Shown: positions 26,723-36,606 of the stretch, in pieces
Layout of the letters: every line of letters starts with the position of its first letter
How positions within the stretch are numbered: position 1 is the stretch's first letter
DNA from: a virus
Length of the DNA stretch: 64,000 bases
Reading direction: 5' to 3' (one strand)
Virus record (IMG/VR): IMGVR_UViG_3300005253_000186
Span: 20,458-84,457 of that record
Position numbers and translations under genes: made by a program
Notes under the pieces: model-generated
Told to the model about the DNA's origin: nothing
What the model saw: only the letters and a program-made list of their open reading frames with translations
Database searches by the model: none

Positions 26723-29700
26723 TTATGCTCTCTTGATTCTCTTCTCCAGATCCCTGAGGTCCTTTCTGATCTTCCGCTTCTTCTCGAACTTCTCCCAGAC
26801 AGATCCTGGAGTCTTCATCATGAGATCCTCTGCCTGATCGGCCAGATCCTGGAGCGCCCAGAACAGATCCTCCCTTACGGGAATGTGCTGGAACTCCGCG
26901 AACTCAAGGCACTCAAGGTCCTCCTCGGAGATTGTCATGTACGGATCAGCCAGTTTCGCAATTAACTTGTTCAGCGCCACGAACTTGTTGCACATGTTGA
27001 TGAGATGAATCATATTCGGCCCTCGTAGATCATGTCTCTGACCTTGCTCATTACTTCGACCATGCCGCCGAATATTTCGTAGTTGTCGAGATCCGTTACG
27101 GTGATCGTTCCGAGGCGATAGGATGCCCTGGCGATGCGGCCCAGCATAATGCCCTGTCTAGATCTGTCCACATCCGAGATCCCCGTCTTGATCAGATATT
27201 TTTCTATCGACCTGGCGAACAGGTCGTGACCTCTGCTGCTTCGATTAACGTGCAGATCATGGCAGCATCCCCGCGAAGTTGACCCTTTTATTGAAGAAAC
27301 TCTCCACGTCCCATAGATGAGCTTCTATCGCAACGAGCAAGGCAGATATGGCTGGGTCCGGATCGCTGCCACGCATAACCGCAAGGCCGTTCCCAAAGAA
27401 GGTTTCAAGGCATGTATGTTTCAGAGAATTCCCGCGGACGCCATCGATGTACGCATCGATAGCGATCCTGTATCGTTCTACGACACAGATGGCGCTCAAT
27501 AATCTGCATATCATGACTTCTCCCTAGGTATTGGTGGAGTCGAGCGGAATCGAACCGCCGTCTCTTGGCTGCCGACCAAGCGTGCTACCATTGTCACCAC
27601 GACCCCATCGCCGATATTTTTTACGCGGCTCGGCCTAGAAGGACTTTCACCTCCACGCCGCAGTATTTGGTGGACCCGGCGGGAGTCGAACCCGCGACCT
27701 CCTGCGTGCAAAGCAGGTGCTCTCCCAATTGAGCTACAGGCCCTTATACCGGATATACCTCCGCTCGAAGTGCCACTGGATCTCTTTGGCCCAGTTGTAG
27801 CACCCATGATATGTCTGAATGATTTGCTCTGAGTTGGGCAGGCCACTATTATACAGCCATCTGACCTGATGGGCGTGCAGATTACACGCCTTTTTATTGA
27901 GGGCGGAGCCGGCCATGTCAGCGCTCAAATCCATATTTGCAATCTCGTAGAGAATGTCTGAACATCTCATCAGGGCCCCAATCATGATCACACTCCCGAC
28001 TTGATCTGCGCCTCGTAGTCCTTGTCGTAGATCGTGTTCATCTGGGTCTCCTCGATCATTTTCTTCCTCTTACTGAAGTGGGTCGACAGGCGCCTCAGTA
28101 TAATAAGGCTTTCGCGAAGGTCTGACATTAGATCGGGATCTGAATGCTTCCGTTGCATCCCGCGGAGATGATAGAGATCTCTCTGCCATAAGTAAATCTC
28201 GTCGACACGGAAGCGGCAGTAGTCGAAGTCTAGACTTTCCTTGTCGAACTGTATGACCCGGTGAAGGGCGTTCGCCTCAGAGATCATGGTTCCAATCATC
28301 CGAACTTCTTCCATTGTCCCGGCCTCCATCTCCTTCTTGCCTTCCGCTCCATGATTGCGAGCCGATACATGATCGATGAGGACTCGTGGTCTCCGAGCAC
28401 AGAGAGATCCGACCCAGCCGACTCGAATACGTCCACCCTGTACGACCAGTTGTAATCACCCCTGCCGGACATGATAAAGTTGACATGGTCCAGGACGGAG
28501 ATGATCTTCAGCAGTCTCAAGATCATTGCATCATCCTCCCGAGCTCATCTTCGGCGTCGAGGTTGTGGATCGCCTGCATTGGAAGTCCAAGGGCCCTGCC
28601 CGCCGCCCTCGCTGCAACATCTCCAGACTCGCGGTCGCCAAGCATATCGAGCTCGGCTGAGATTCTCGTTAGGCTTCCGGCCATCGATCCACTGTGCCAC
28701 TTGGGCCAGGCGCTTAGGAAATTCTGGAGATCGTCCAGATGGCCTATGATTTCCAGCAATGAGCAGATCATGGCACGACCAGAACGGTCTTCAGACTGCC
28801 CAGATAGGGCACGCTGTAGACGACGTTCGGCCCCATGGTCTCCCTTCCCTTAAAAGGGAGCATGATAGACATGCTCCTTGCCCTGCCGGCGATGCTAGCG
28901 GAGTCGTAGTCTTCCCGCGCTATAAGCTCGTCTTCAACCCGGCCAAAGGCGTGGTATCTTTTCTGCGTGTTGCAGTGAGTCCAGTTGTCGATCCAGTACT
29001 GGAGTTCGTCCAGCAGCTCAATGGTCCTGAGAAGATTGCAGATCATCCTCTCGTCCTCCTCTCGTAGAGCGCCTCTCCAATGATCGACAGGCGCAGCAAG
29101 ACTATTCTCGACTCCCGATCTCCGAAGCCCCGTATCGATCGTACCATATTGGTGAGCCTATGATGCATGGTCGTGATGTATGCCTCGAATCTGTCCATGG
29201 CGAATCGGGCATCACCCCTGTACAGAAGGATCTCCAAGCGAACCGGAATGTCTTCCGAGAGTTTTTCGAGAAATCTTGCTTCGGCCATGTGTGCGCAGAT
29301 CATCGTATTGCCGCTCCTGCCTGATGAAGAATTGCTAGCGCGTGGGCGGAGACCGTCTTGCCAGACTCTTTGAATCCAGGTTTCCTTGACATTTCTTCTC
29401 CCTTCAACCACTTCGCCATGAGCGTATCTGCCGTCCACCGGGACAACCACGCCCCTTCTCTCTTCTGACAGGAGTAGGCGATGAAGTCCGCGATTATTTC
29501 CAGCTCGTTGACTTGCTCTATCTCTTCCAGTAGCGGGCAGATCATTTAGACTCCTCCTCCGACAATCTGTCCTAGTTCGCTGTACGTCGCATTCGCCTTG
29601 AGATCTCTTACGCGCCGGAAGGTCTCCAAAATGAACCTCGCCATTTCAGTGATGGCACGGTAGGAGTTTGAGTCGCATACAACCGTGCACTCGCATCGCG

Positions 29701-30695
29701 TTATTAGATCGGCCAGCGCATCTTCGGCCTCGTGGAGGTCAATGCTGCTCATATTTGGGCATTCGAGTGACAGCCGGTTCATCGCATCGCTTACTCGTTC
29801 TAGGCAGTCTGAAGTATCCAGCAGATTGACTAGGAGAATCATGTCGTGCTCCTTAACCAAGTTACCGCCATCTAGATCTCCCGATTTCTCCAAAAAATTG
29901 CGACGATGTTATCCATCGAGCTCTCGGCGCGCCTGATGAATTCTTTGGTTTCGTTAAAGACCACATAGTCTGCCCTGTCCTTGCATGTCATTCTATGTAT
30001 ACTCCAGAACGATTCATTGAAGAAGTCCCGCATTTCGTCGACCAGCCCCATGTGGCTTCTGGCGCGCCAGCGGACTATGAAGTAGCTCATCTTCGCAGTT
30101 ATGTCGTCGACGATCTCAATCGACTCAAGGATAGGGCAGATCATATGGATCCCCCTCTTGTGTCGTAGACGAAAATGATTCGATCGACACGGCACAGCCG
30201 ATCTCCTCCAGCGTCGTGCAGTCGTGCCGCGGATGCAGAAAGTGAGCCTCTTCGATCTTTCGGCTCCCGCATATCTTGAACAACCTCTGGGCGTCCTGGG
30301 TCAGGTCGAAGGCATCGTCGAAATCGTTATTCCAGACCCCCTGCGCACCAAAGCTTTGGTGTCGCTTGAAGAGTTCTGTTCTGATAGTTTTCAGATTGAT
30401 TAGGTCCCCCATTAAGAACATCTCGGTTATTCTACTGAAAATGTCGGCCGTTTCAAGCAGTAGGCGTAGTCCCATGCGCCCTCCTGACCTTGTCTCCTCC
30501 GTGGTTCATTACCGCGGCGACCAGGCGAACCGACATGGCGTAGGTCTCTATCAGCTCCCTGGTCTGGTGCTTCGATACCTGAATACCTAGGCCGGTCGAA
30601 ATAGCGCTTAAGTCGACGAAGTTTCCCATGGAAAATAGGTTGCGCATATTTTCGGTGATGGCCGCCATCCTGAGGCAGTGGCAAAAGGGTGACAT
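26723..30695 (-). CDS. array of ~14 small helical paralogues with MI[C/L]xL[LI]xxxxx[LV][DNE]x[LI] N-terminus (26723-27013, 27010-27260 frameshifted, 27257-27514, 27734-27991, 27988-28299, 28296-28526, 28523-28771, 28768-29046, 29043-29303, 29300-29545, 29546-29842, 29872-30144, 30125-30475, 30453-30695)
   Basis: MICRLLSAI, MICSLLEII, MICNLLRTI, MICAHMAEA, MICPLLEEI, MICPILESI, MILRLLKII; ATGA overlaps; two tRNA-Ala genes embedded. Confidence 0.75.
27010..27260 (-). pseudogene. frameshifted member of the MIC-leader family
   Basis: MICTLIEAAEV in one frame continues as DLFARSIEKYLIKTG...YEGRI* in another frame; both ends overlap neighbours as ATGA. Confidence 0.7.
27532..27606 (-). tRNA. tRNA-Ala(GGC)
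   Basis: cloverleaf, G3:U70, CCA. Confidence 0.9.
27668..27743 (-). tRNA. tRNA-Ala(TGC)
   Basis: cloverleaf, G3:U70, CCA. Confidence 0.95.
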
Positions 30696-30715
30696 GGTTT
30701 GCTCCTAAAAGAAAA

Positions 30716-30791
30716 TGGTGTCGGGAGCCGGCACTGCCCCGGCGACCTCCTGTGCTTCAAACAGGCGCTCTACTATCTGAGCTATCCCGAC
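30716..30791 (-). tRNA. tRNA-Phe(GAA), atypical GGCAGTG T-loop
   Basis: cloverleaf, CCA. Confidence 0.85.
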
Positions 30792-30870
30792 ACCTATAAT
30801 CGGCGTGCCGCCGGCAGGGAGTGACCGACGACACACCGTCACATTATAGGAGATTTTATCTATATTCGGT

Positions 30871-30882
30871 TGTCAAAGAGCA
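30871..30882 (-). promoter_or_regulatory. boxA-like antitermination site
   Basis: TGCTCTTTGACA versus rrn boxA TGCTCTTTAACA; similar copies at 31144, 34499, 36625. Confidence 0.65.
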
Positions 30883-30883
30883 C

Positions 30884-31039
30884 AAAAAAACCCCGCCCTG
30901 ACTGGTCTCAGGAGCGGGGTGAAGTCGAGACCAGTCGAAGTTACGCAGGCGAATTCAGGTAGGCCAACGCCCGCGAGGACGCAATTCGGCATGCGCTAAA
31001 GCGCTGATGCCGTAATTGTTTGGCTGACCTGAGTATCAC
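30884..31039 (-). promoter_or_regulatory. leader peptide (30941-31039) plus antiterminator/terminator attenuator
   Basis: 32-codon ORF with GGAG RBS; GACTGGTCTC just after the stop is complementary to GAGACCAGTC inside the terminator hairpin, which ends in a U-tract. Confidence 0.65.
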
Positions 31040-31066
31040 CGGTTTAGCTCCGACCGGAAGAGTTTT

Positions 31067-31141
31067 TGGTAGCAGGAGAGGGACTCGAACCCTCGATCTC
31101 TACGTTATGAGCGTAGCGAGATACCGCTTCTCCATCCTGCG
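31067..31141 (-). tRNA. tRNA-Met(CAT), initiator-like
   Basis: C1:U72 mismatch, CCA; lacks the three G-C anticodon-stem pairs. Confidence 0.85.
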
Positions 31142-31203
31142 ATCGTCAAAGGGCACACTACTCTATCTTTCTTATACCGTCAAGTAGGTAGTTCCGGAAT
31201 TTT

Positions 31204-31279
31204 TGGAAGCCACGGTGGGAATCGAACCCACTAGAAGGACCCTTATGAGAGGTCCCGAGGTGCCAACCTCCTCGTGGCT
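31204..31279 (-). tRNA. tRNA with CAT anticodon (Met or Ile2)
   Basis: cloverleaf, extended anticodon stem, CCA. Confidence 0.8.
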
Positions 31280-31404
31280 ATAGCCCTGTGTACTCCAGGA
31301 AGATCATGACTGCCACAAGGTAAATGGCCATTCCGATCCAGAGAATCCAGAACTTCCACCGTGGTGTGGGTTCGAAATCCTCCATGGTCACCTCAAGGTA
31401 AAAA

Positions 31405-31481
31405 TGGTCGGGGCAGTGGGCTCCGCCCCCACGACCTCCTGCTCCCAAAGCAGGCGCGCTACTAAGCTGCGCTATGCCCCG
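31405..31481 (-). tRNA. tRNA-Pro(TGG), atypical GGCGGAG T-loop
   Basis: C1-G72, cloverleaf, CCA. Confidence 0.85.
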
Positions 31482-31487
31482 ACCTTC

Positions 31488-31739
31488 CTACATGCAGTAG
31501 GGATTACACTTTGGACACGGACAAGAGATCGCGCAGGCCTTCGAGCGCTGTCCGATTGGCTTCTTCGCCTCGTTCTTGAAGAACCGATCGACCATACAGG
31601 GCATGGTCTCTCTGCTGAGAATCGGCTGGATCACCTCGTTGAGCTTTTTCCAGAAATCATCCGGGGCTGCCGAAAACGGATCGATCCGTTCGTTAAGTTG
31701 ATCTGAGTCAATCGTTTGTAGTCTTGCGCTGTCTACCAT
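31488..31739 (-). CDS. hypothetical protein with C-terminal Cys cluster
   Basis: GAGGAG RBS; CAISCPCPKC. Confidence 0.55.
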   Translation of the reverse strand: MVDSARLQTIDSDQLNERIDPFSAAPDDFWKKLNEVIQPILSRETMPCMVDRFFKNEAKKPIGQRSKACAISCPCPKCNPYCM

Positions 31740-31749
31740 TTTCCGCTCC

Positions 31750-31944
31750 TCACTCTGGGCTTCGCAGGATTTCGATCCCAACGACATTCCCGCCCTTGTC
31801 ATAGTCGATATTGATCTCGCTGTTGATCTCAATCGTCTGTTCAATATCACGATCACGGAGTCTAAGATACGCCGCGTCTGTCTTCGGGTCCACTGATAAG
31901 ATGAATATTTTCCCACCAAATCCCGGCAACTTTGTGCTAGCCAC
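31750..31944 (-). CDS. DUF2283-like protein
   Basis: DPKTDAAYLRL...INIDYDKGGNVVGIEIL. Confidence 0.75.
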   Translation of the reverse strand: MASTKLPGFGGKIFILSVDPKTDAAYLRLRDRDIEQTIEINSEINIDYDKGGNVVGIEILRSPE

Positions 31945-32185
31945 GATTGTCGTCCCTCAGCTCTTCGATGGTCCGCAGGCCCATGCGCCACATGGCGCCC
32001 TGGATGAACCCGAGCCAGCGCATGGCTTCCTCGGTCTTCCCTGACTTCATGAGATCGATCGCTTTCAGGCACGTTTTCTTGAGATGATCCGTGAAACTGC
32101 GCTCGAATGGCACGCAGTCTACCAGATTCTGGACGAGAGTGTACTCGTAATTTTCGAGGATCTCCACAAATTGGTCCTGGGTCAT
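31937..32185 (-). CDS. conserved phage hypothetical protein
   Basis: AMRWLGFIQGAMW...TIEELRDDNR. Confidence 0.65.
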   Translation of the reverse strand: MTQDQFVEILENYEYTLVQNLVDCVPFERSFTDHLKKTCLKAIDLMKSGKTEEAMRWLGFIQGAMWRMGLRTIEELRDDNRG

Positions 32186-32577
32186 AGTTCGTTCTCGATA
32201 AAGAAGGCTATATCGGTGAAGTTCTCGCCCTTGTCGTTCATCTCGATCAAAGTAGTCTCGTCGTCATGGTCTAGGCCAGACCAACTCGCCACTTCTTTTG
32301 GGGTCTCTTCACCGCTCCCCAGATAAGATAGCTCCTTGGACATGATCTTCTTGACTTTTCCTTTGCTCCCGACGAACTTGGACTTGGACTTGTAATTTCT
32401 ACTTTCCTCCCAGCCACCGCCACTGCTCTCTTCCGCATGGATGTTGCAGAGCACGCCCAGGCAGCAGAATCCGGTCCTGCCACTACTGGTGGTCTCCGCA
32501 CACAGGGTTCCCTGGATCTGGTCATACTGGCCGCTGCGGAGCGCCGTGATCCACTTCTTTTTGACCTTCTTGTTCAT
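32182..32577 (-). CDS. conserved phage hypothetical protein
   Basis: KWITALRSGQYDQ...FCCLGVLC...MND...FTDIAFFIE. Confidence 0.7.
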   Translation of the reverse strand: MNKKVKKKWITALRSGQYDQIQGTLCAETTSSGRTGFCCLGVLCNIHAEESSGGGWEESRNYKSKSKFVGSKGKVKKIMSKELSYLGSGEETPKEVASWSGLDHDDETTLIEMNDKGENFTDIAFFIENEL

Positions 32578-32590
32578 CTTCCCCTCCTTG

Positions 32591-33037
32591 CTATTCAGAT
32601 GCCATCTTATCAATGGATCCCCAGGCCACCTCATCGTCTTGAAGCGGCTCATGTTCGGCGGCCATCTTCTCGATGATAGGAATTATATCCTGCCGGTCCG
32701 AGCGGTAGGCTCGAATTACGCACGTATCAACGTCGGCCTCAATGACTTTCCAGATTGTCGTCCACTGACCGTCGATCCATGCGTCGCGTCGTTTCCGCGT
32801 GTTGTTGGTGGCGTCGAGGATGACGACCTTGTGTCCGGCGTGGAACAGGGCGCGGACCATTGTCTTTGCGATTGCCCATACATGTGGCTCGGCCTCAGGT
32901 GCGAATCTCTGTCCGTGCAGGGCCAGGCGGATTGCGTCAGGACATACGATGGGACCTCCGTGCGCCTGGGCGAACGTGGACTTTCCACTCCGCGGGAGTC
33001 CGACCGTTCCAATCAGTACCAGTTTTATGTCGTCCAT
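32591..33037 (-). CDS. P-loop kinase (AAA_33 / polynucleotide-kinase-like)
   Basis: VGLPRSGKST, DAIR, VILDATN...RR. Confidence 0.85.
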   Translation of the reverse strand: MDDIKLVLIGTVGLPRSGKSTFAQAHGGPIVCPDAIRLALHGQRFAPEAEPHVWAIAKTMVRALFHAGHKVVILDATNNTRKRRDAWIDGQWTTIWKVIEADVDTCVIRAYRSDRQDIIPIIEKMAAEHEPLQDDEVAWGSIDKMASE

Positions 33038-33127
33038 CTTTTCAACTCCGTGTCCGCCTTCAGATAGAGCGGGTGTCTGGGGTGCCCATCTTTGGTGAGG
33101 CCGAGCTGCCCGCTCCAATTCATACAA

Positions 33128-33349
33128 TCACAGTTTTTTCCCTGGAGCAATTGGCGCTCGCAGTTCAGTGCAGCCAACTTCAGCCATCGGATGCGAGTAA
33201 CTCATACCCATCGGAACACCCTTGAAGTGGAAATCCAGGCCGCAATCCGCACACTTGATCTTGATTTCTGCCATGAACTCCATCACGTCTTCGATCCTGG
33301 CGACATTAACATTCGCTTCGAAGTTGCGATGATCACATATCCCATCCAT
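33128..33349 (-). CDS. small Cys/His protein
   Basis: CDH...CADC; RBS. Confidence 0.6.
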   Translation of the reverse strand: MDGICDHRNFEANVNVARIEDVMEFMAEIKIKCADCGLDFHFKGVPMGMSYSHPMAEVGCTELRAPIAPGKKL

Positions 33350-33612
33350 CAGGCGCTCCCTCCCCCTTCTGTTTTACTGGTATGTTGTTGGTAGTCGACA
33401 AGCCTCGCGAAGACGTGGAATCCGCATTCTTCTGGGCAGACCAGGCTTGGATTTAGTGTCCCGTCGTCGGCGACGGTATGATCGAGATTGCCAAAAGCTC
33501 CGCAGTCAGGGCAGGAGACCTTCACGTACTTGCCGGCGAAGATCGTCCACGTGCCCTTCGTGGGTTTCCATCTTGATTCCCAATCTGCATACGGAATATC
33601 GTAGATTGCCAT
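33349..33612 (-). CDS. small Zn-binding protein
   Basis: CPDCG...GTLNPSLVCPEECGFH. Confidence 0.6.
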   Translation of the reverse strand: MAIYDIPYADWESRWKPTKGTWTIFAGKYVKVSCPDCGAFGNLDHTVADDGTLNPSLVCPEECGFHVFARLVDYQQHTSKTEGGGSA

Positions 33613-33711
33613 CAGCCGGTTTCCCCATTTTGTCCGGCCCGCTCTCAAAGCCAGCCTCACTCCACAACCACCTTTAGCTCGGCCCACACCTTGATGGCAA
33701 ACGTAATAAGT

Positions 33712-34071
33712 TGGTGGAGGTGCCCGGATTCGAACCGGGGTCTTGAAATGCATCCAAATGCGCGTTTACGTGCGTAGAAGGTTCTGATCGCCTTCGGCCT
33801 TTGGTCAACAGATTCCAGCAAGATCGCCTAGGCCTACACGGCGAATTATGTCTCAATCACCTGAACGCCGAACGCAGATGATCCAGTCGTAGTTCGTCCG
33901 ATCTCCAGCTACGACGACAACCTCGCCGGGATCGGGACTACCTATTCCTAGGCAGCCATGCGGTAGCCGTTGTCGGCACCTAATTTGTCATCGGATTTTT
34001 ACGTGGCCTTCCGATGAACCACGGCACGAAGCAACATTCTTCCTCATCCAATCGATTCCTATATCACCCCC
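33712..34071 (-). ncRNA. ssrA: tmRNA
   Basis: GGGGGTG...CACCTCC-ACCA acceptor with G3:U70, T-arm, tag ORF 33948-33977 ADNGYRMAA*. Confidence 0.92.
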
Positions 34072-34142
34072 ATATTCGTTGAGTGTGACTTCCTAGACTG
34101 CTCGTTCTTTCAGGTCCCCCGTGAGGTTCCCGTCCGGCACGA

Positions 34143-34430
34143 TCAGGTCTGCGCTGGCGCCTTGTACGGGATCGGTTCTTCATCGGCGAAACGCCAATAG
34201 TAACCGTGTGCTCCCGCACTGGACTTATGGCCCACAGACGACGCATGCTCAATCTGTCGTCCGCCCGAATCCCGACGATTCTTGTCAGGGGATACGAACG
34301 TCAAATTGATGCATGGGATATAGTCGCTGTCCCATTCGCCGTGGACACAATTCACCAACGCATTCAGCGGACGGCCCTTCGTATCGTGAAAGATACAGGG
34401 ATCGCCCACCTCCAGGGTACGCTTACCCAT
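34143..34430 (-). CDS. hypothetical protein
   Basis: GGAGGT RBS. Confidence 0.6.
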   Translation of the reverse strand: MGKRTLEVGDPCIFHDTKGRPLNALVNCVHGEWDSDYIPCINLTFVSPDKNRRDSGGRQIEHASSVGHKSSAGAHGYYWRFADEEPIPYKAPAQT

Positions 34431-34555
34431 CCTGCTTCACCTCCTCTCAAGAGAAAGGGTTGCAAAATAGACAGGCCCATCGCCCGTCACACTCAGATTG
34501 TCAAAGAACATAATGCGGTCGATCCCCGTAGGGACTACAGCGACCGGGGTTTTAA

Positions 34556-34630
34556 TGGAGCTACCACTCGGATTTGCACCGAGACCTCTAGGGTACAGGC
34601 CTAGCGTGCTGCTGTTATCACTATGGCAGC
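34556..34630 (-). tRNA. tRNA-Thr(TGT)
   Basis: cloverleaf, CCA. Confidence 0.88.
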
Positions 34631-35004
34631 TAGTTGAGCTTCTTTGCTCTCTGCGGCCACCAGAAGTGGCCGGCCACGAATCCCCCGACGAACACGATCA
34701 GGGGCACCCACAAGTCTATCGCCAACTCGTTGTGCAGCGCAACAAGATTCGCCGCAATTAAAACAACAGAGCTGATGATCATGGCGAGTACATTCCACTT
34801 TCCTCCATCCTTCTTATTCCAGAAAAGATGGCCCATTATGCCCCCGATACTCCAGGGGAGCAGCCAGAGCCGGTAGCTGGTATCTCTGGCAATCTCGGAG
34901 ATCGTATCTCCCCGCATATCGTTGGCGGCGACGATAATGTCCCAGATTAGCAGGATGATCCCTATCACAATCAGTATCCAGGTGGTGGTTTTTCGATTGT
35001 CCAT
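34630..35004 (-). CDS. multi-pass membrane protein (holin-like possible)
   Basis: four hydrophobic segments, repeated GHxFW/W motif. Confidence 0.7.
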   Translation of the reverse strand: MDNRKTTTWILIVIGIILLIWDIIVAANDMRGDTISEIARDTSYRLWLLPWSIGGIMGHLFWNKKDGGKWNVLAMIISSVVLIAANLVALHNELAIDLWVPLIVFVGGFVAGHFWWPQRAKKLN

Positions 35005-35032
35005 CGTTACGCCCTCCGTGAAGTTGCCGACT

Positions 35033-35061
35033 ATTGTACCAGAGGATGTTGAAAGAGTCCA
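35033..35061 (-). promoter_or_regulatory. sigma70-type promoter
   Basis: TGGACT-17-TACAAT with extended TG. Confidence 0.55.
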
Positions 35062-35128
35062 GGCGACTGGGGTCGAGGTGGTGTCCTAATTTGATTCTCG
35101 GGTTTGGTGATGGCCGCGTGGGCAGAGG

Positions 35129-35596
35129 CTATGTGCGAAAGTGCTTTAGGAGCGCGGCGAGAGCTATACTCACGTAGTAGATGATGATGGCAGATAGAGC
35201 CGCGACCTTTGCGATTTTTATTGAGTTGCGCACGAGCGCTCGCGCCTCGACCGGGTCGTAGGGCGTGATGATTGACGATAGGCGGTGGAATATCCCTCCC
35301 GACGCGCTCGAAACAAATGTCAGCAGACACCCCGCCAAAGAAATGAGAAGTATCTCATCCCAGAGCCTGCTGCCGTTGATCCGTGGCGATCCGCGACATT
35401 TGCCCTTACGCCAGTCCATCTGCGTCGGGCTTGGGGATCTGAGCACAAACGAGCGCCCCACCGAGACGCTCTTCCAACCATGCGAATAATTTTTCAGTGA
35501 CTTGTAGGACGCCTTCCACGGCGGGAAAAGGAAGAGTAGCACCACAATGCTCGCAAACACTCCTGAGATCACCCGCTGTTCCTTCTCGAATTTCAT
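35129..35596 (-). CDS. membrane protein
   Basis: three hydrophobic segments; GGAGGT RBS. Confidence 0.6.
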   Translation of the reverse strand: MKFEKEQRVISGVFASIVVLLFLFPPWKASYKSLKNYSHGWKSVSVGRSFVLRSPSPTQMDWRKGKCRGSPRINGSRLWDEILLISLAGCLLTFVSSASGGIFHRLSSIITPYDPVEARALVRNSIKIAKVAALSAIIIYYVSIALAALLKHFRT

Positions 35597-35799
35597 GGAC
35601 CTCCCCTCTCCTCATTGTAAGTGTGCTTGTGCAAATCAATCCTCTGGCCCGGGTAGTTCATCACTGCCTTTCTCCAAGCGGCGACACGACCACTAAGCAG
35701 GGGCGTTGCTGAAGTCGCCGGGTGTTTCCACGAAGTTTCCCTAGGCTCCTCCGTGGCCCGTTCACGGCATGTCCATCCACGCTGCACGCATTCTCAATG

Positions 35800-35902
35800 C
35801 TCACGACACGCGGCCGACTCGAACGGCCTGAGTGGGTCTTCCGCCCACTAGCGTTGGCGCCGACGCTTGTGCATTCCCGCGCACTTCGCACGTGCCGTAG
35901 AG
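35800..35902 (-). ncRNA. tRNA-like RNA with extended acceptor stem and non-canonical anticodon loop
   Basis: D-like, anticodon-like and long variable arms plus GGCCG-TTCGAGT-CGGCC T arm; no CCA. Confidence 0.55.
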
Positions 35903-35904
35903 TT

Positions 35905-35981
35905 TGGTGGGCCCAGCAGGACTTGAACCTGCATGACTCCTGCTTGTAAGGCAGGCGCTTGGCCAATTAAGCTATGGGCCC
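35905..35981 (-). tRNA. tRNA-Val(TAC)
   Basis: cloverleaf, CCA. Confidence 0.92.
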
Positions 35982-35984
35982 ACC

Positions 35985-36060
35985 TGGTAGGCCGCCTCGG
36001 AATCGAACCGAGATCTTCCTGATTAAGAATCAGGAGCATTCCCTGTTATGCTAACGACCC
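35985..36060 (-). tRNA. tRNA-Lys(CTT)
   Basis: cloverleaf, CCA. Confidence 0.9.
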
Positions 36061-36068
36061 ATTGGTCT

Positions 36069-36142
36069 TGGCACTCCCGACGAGGTTTGAACTCGCTCTA
36101 GCAGATCGAAAGTCTGCTGTGCTTCCATTACACTACGGGAGC
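36069..36142 (-). tRNA. tRNA-Glu(TTC)
   Basis: cloverleaf, CCA. Confidence 0.88.
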
Positions 36143-36143
36143 G

Positions 36144-36218
36144 TGGAGCTACCGGGCAGAATCGAACTGCCGTCTCATCCGTACCAGGGATGCGTGTTCC
36201 CATTAGCACCACGGTAGC
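36144..36218 (-). tRNA. tRNA-Thr(GGT)
   Basis: cloverleaf, CCA. Confidence 0.9.
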
Positions 36219-36219
36219 T

Positions 36220-36295
36220 TGGTGCAGGTGACGGGGATCGAACCCGCTAGTTCCAGCTTGGAAGGCTGGCGTCATCCCATTATGACTTCACCTGC
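36220..36295 (-). tRNA. tRNA-Gly(TCC)
   Basis: cloverleaf, CCA. Confidence 0.9.
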
Positions 36296-36351
36296 GATTC
36301 TGCGATGGCACTACTTTTCCTTCTTGGGCTCCTTCCTCTTCGCTTGGGCTA

Positions 36352-36606
36352 CTATCCGTGATGCCACCACGACAGGAACGCAGAGACCACCGTGACTCCA
36401 AGTCCCAACACGAAGAATGACCCCGAAATGAACGCTGCCCACCCAGCCATCTTGCCCCACTCGTCGTAAGCATAGGGCATCCAGAGCGGAAGGATCATAC
36501 ACATCATTAGGCCAAGGCCGATAAGCATTCCCGCTTTGTACTTCTTCCGGTCATTCAGCCTGACCCTAGTTTCCTTATCTCCTTCTCTAACGTCTGCACG
36601 TTTCAT
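36352..36606 (-). CDS. small two-TM membrane protein
   Basis: AGGGGG RBS; two hydrophobic segments. Confidence 0.55.
   Translation of the reverse strand: MKRADVREGDKETRVRLNDRKKYKAGMLIGLGLMMCMILPLWMPYAYDEWGKMAGWAAFISGSFFVLGLGVTVVSAFLSWWHHG

Noticed and set aside
9972-30695. Diversity-generating retroelement behind the paralogue arrays
   Set aside because: No reverse transcriptase in the window and no near-identical TR/VR pair differing at adenines; similarity is only at protein-motif level.
34080-34495. Mobile element flanked by a 10-bp inverted repeat TGAGTGTGAC
   Set aside because: No transposase or target-site duplication; more likely an RNA processing stem or chance.
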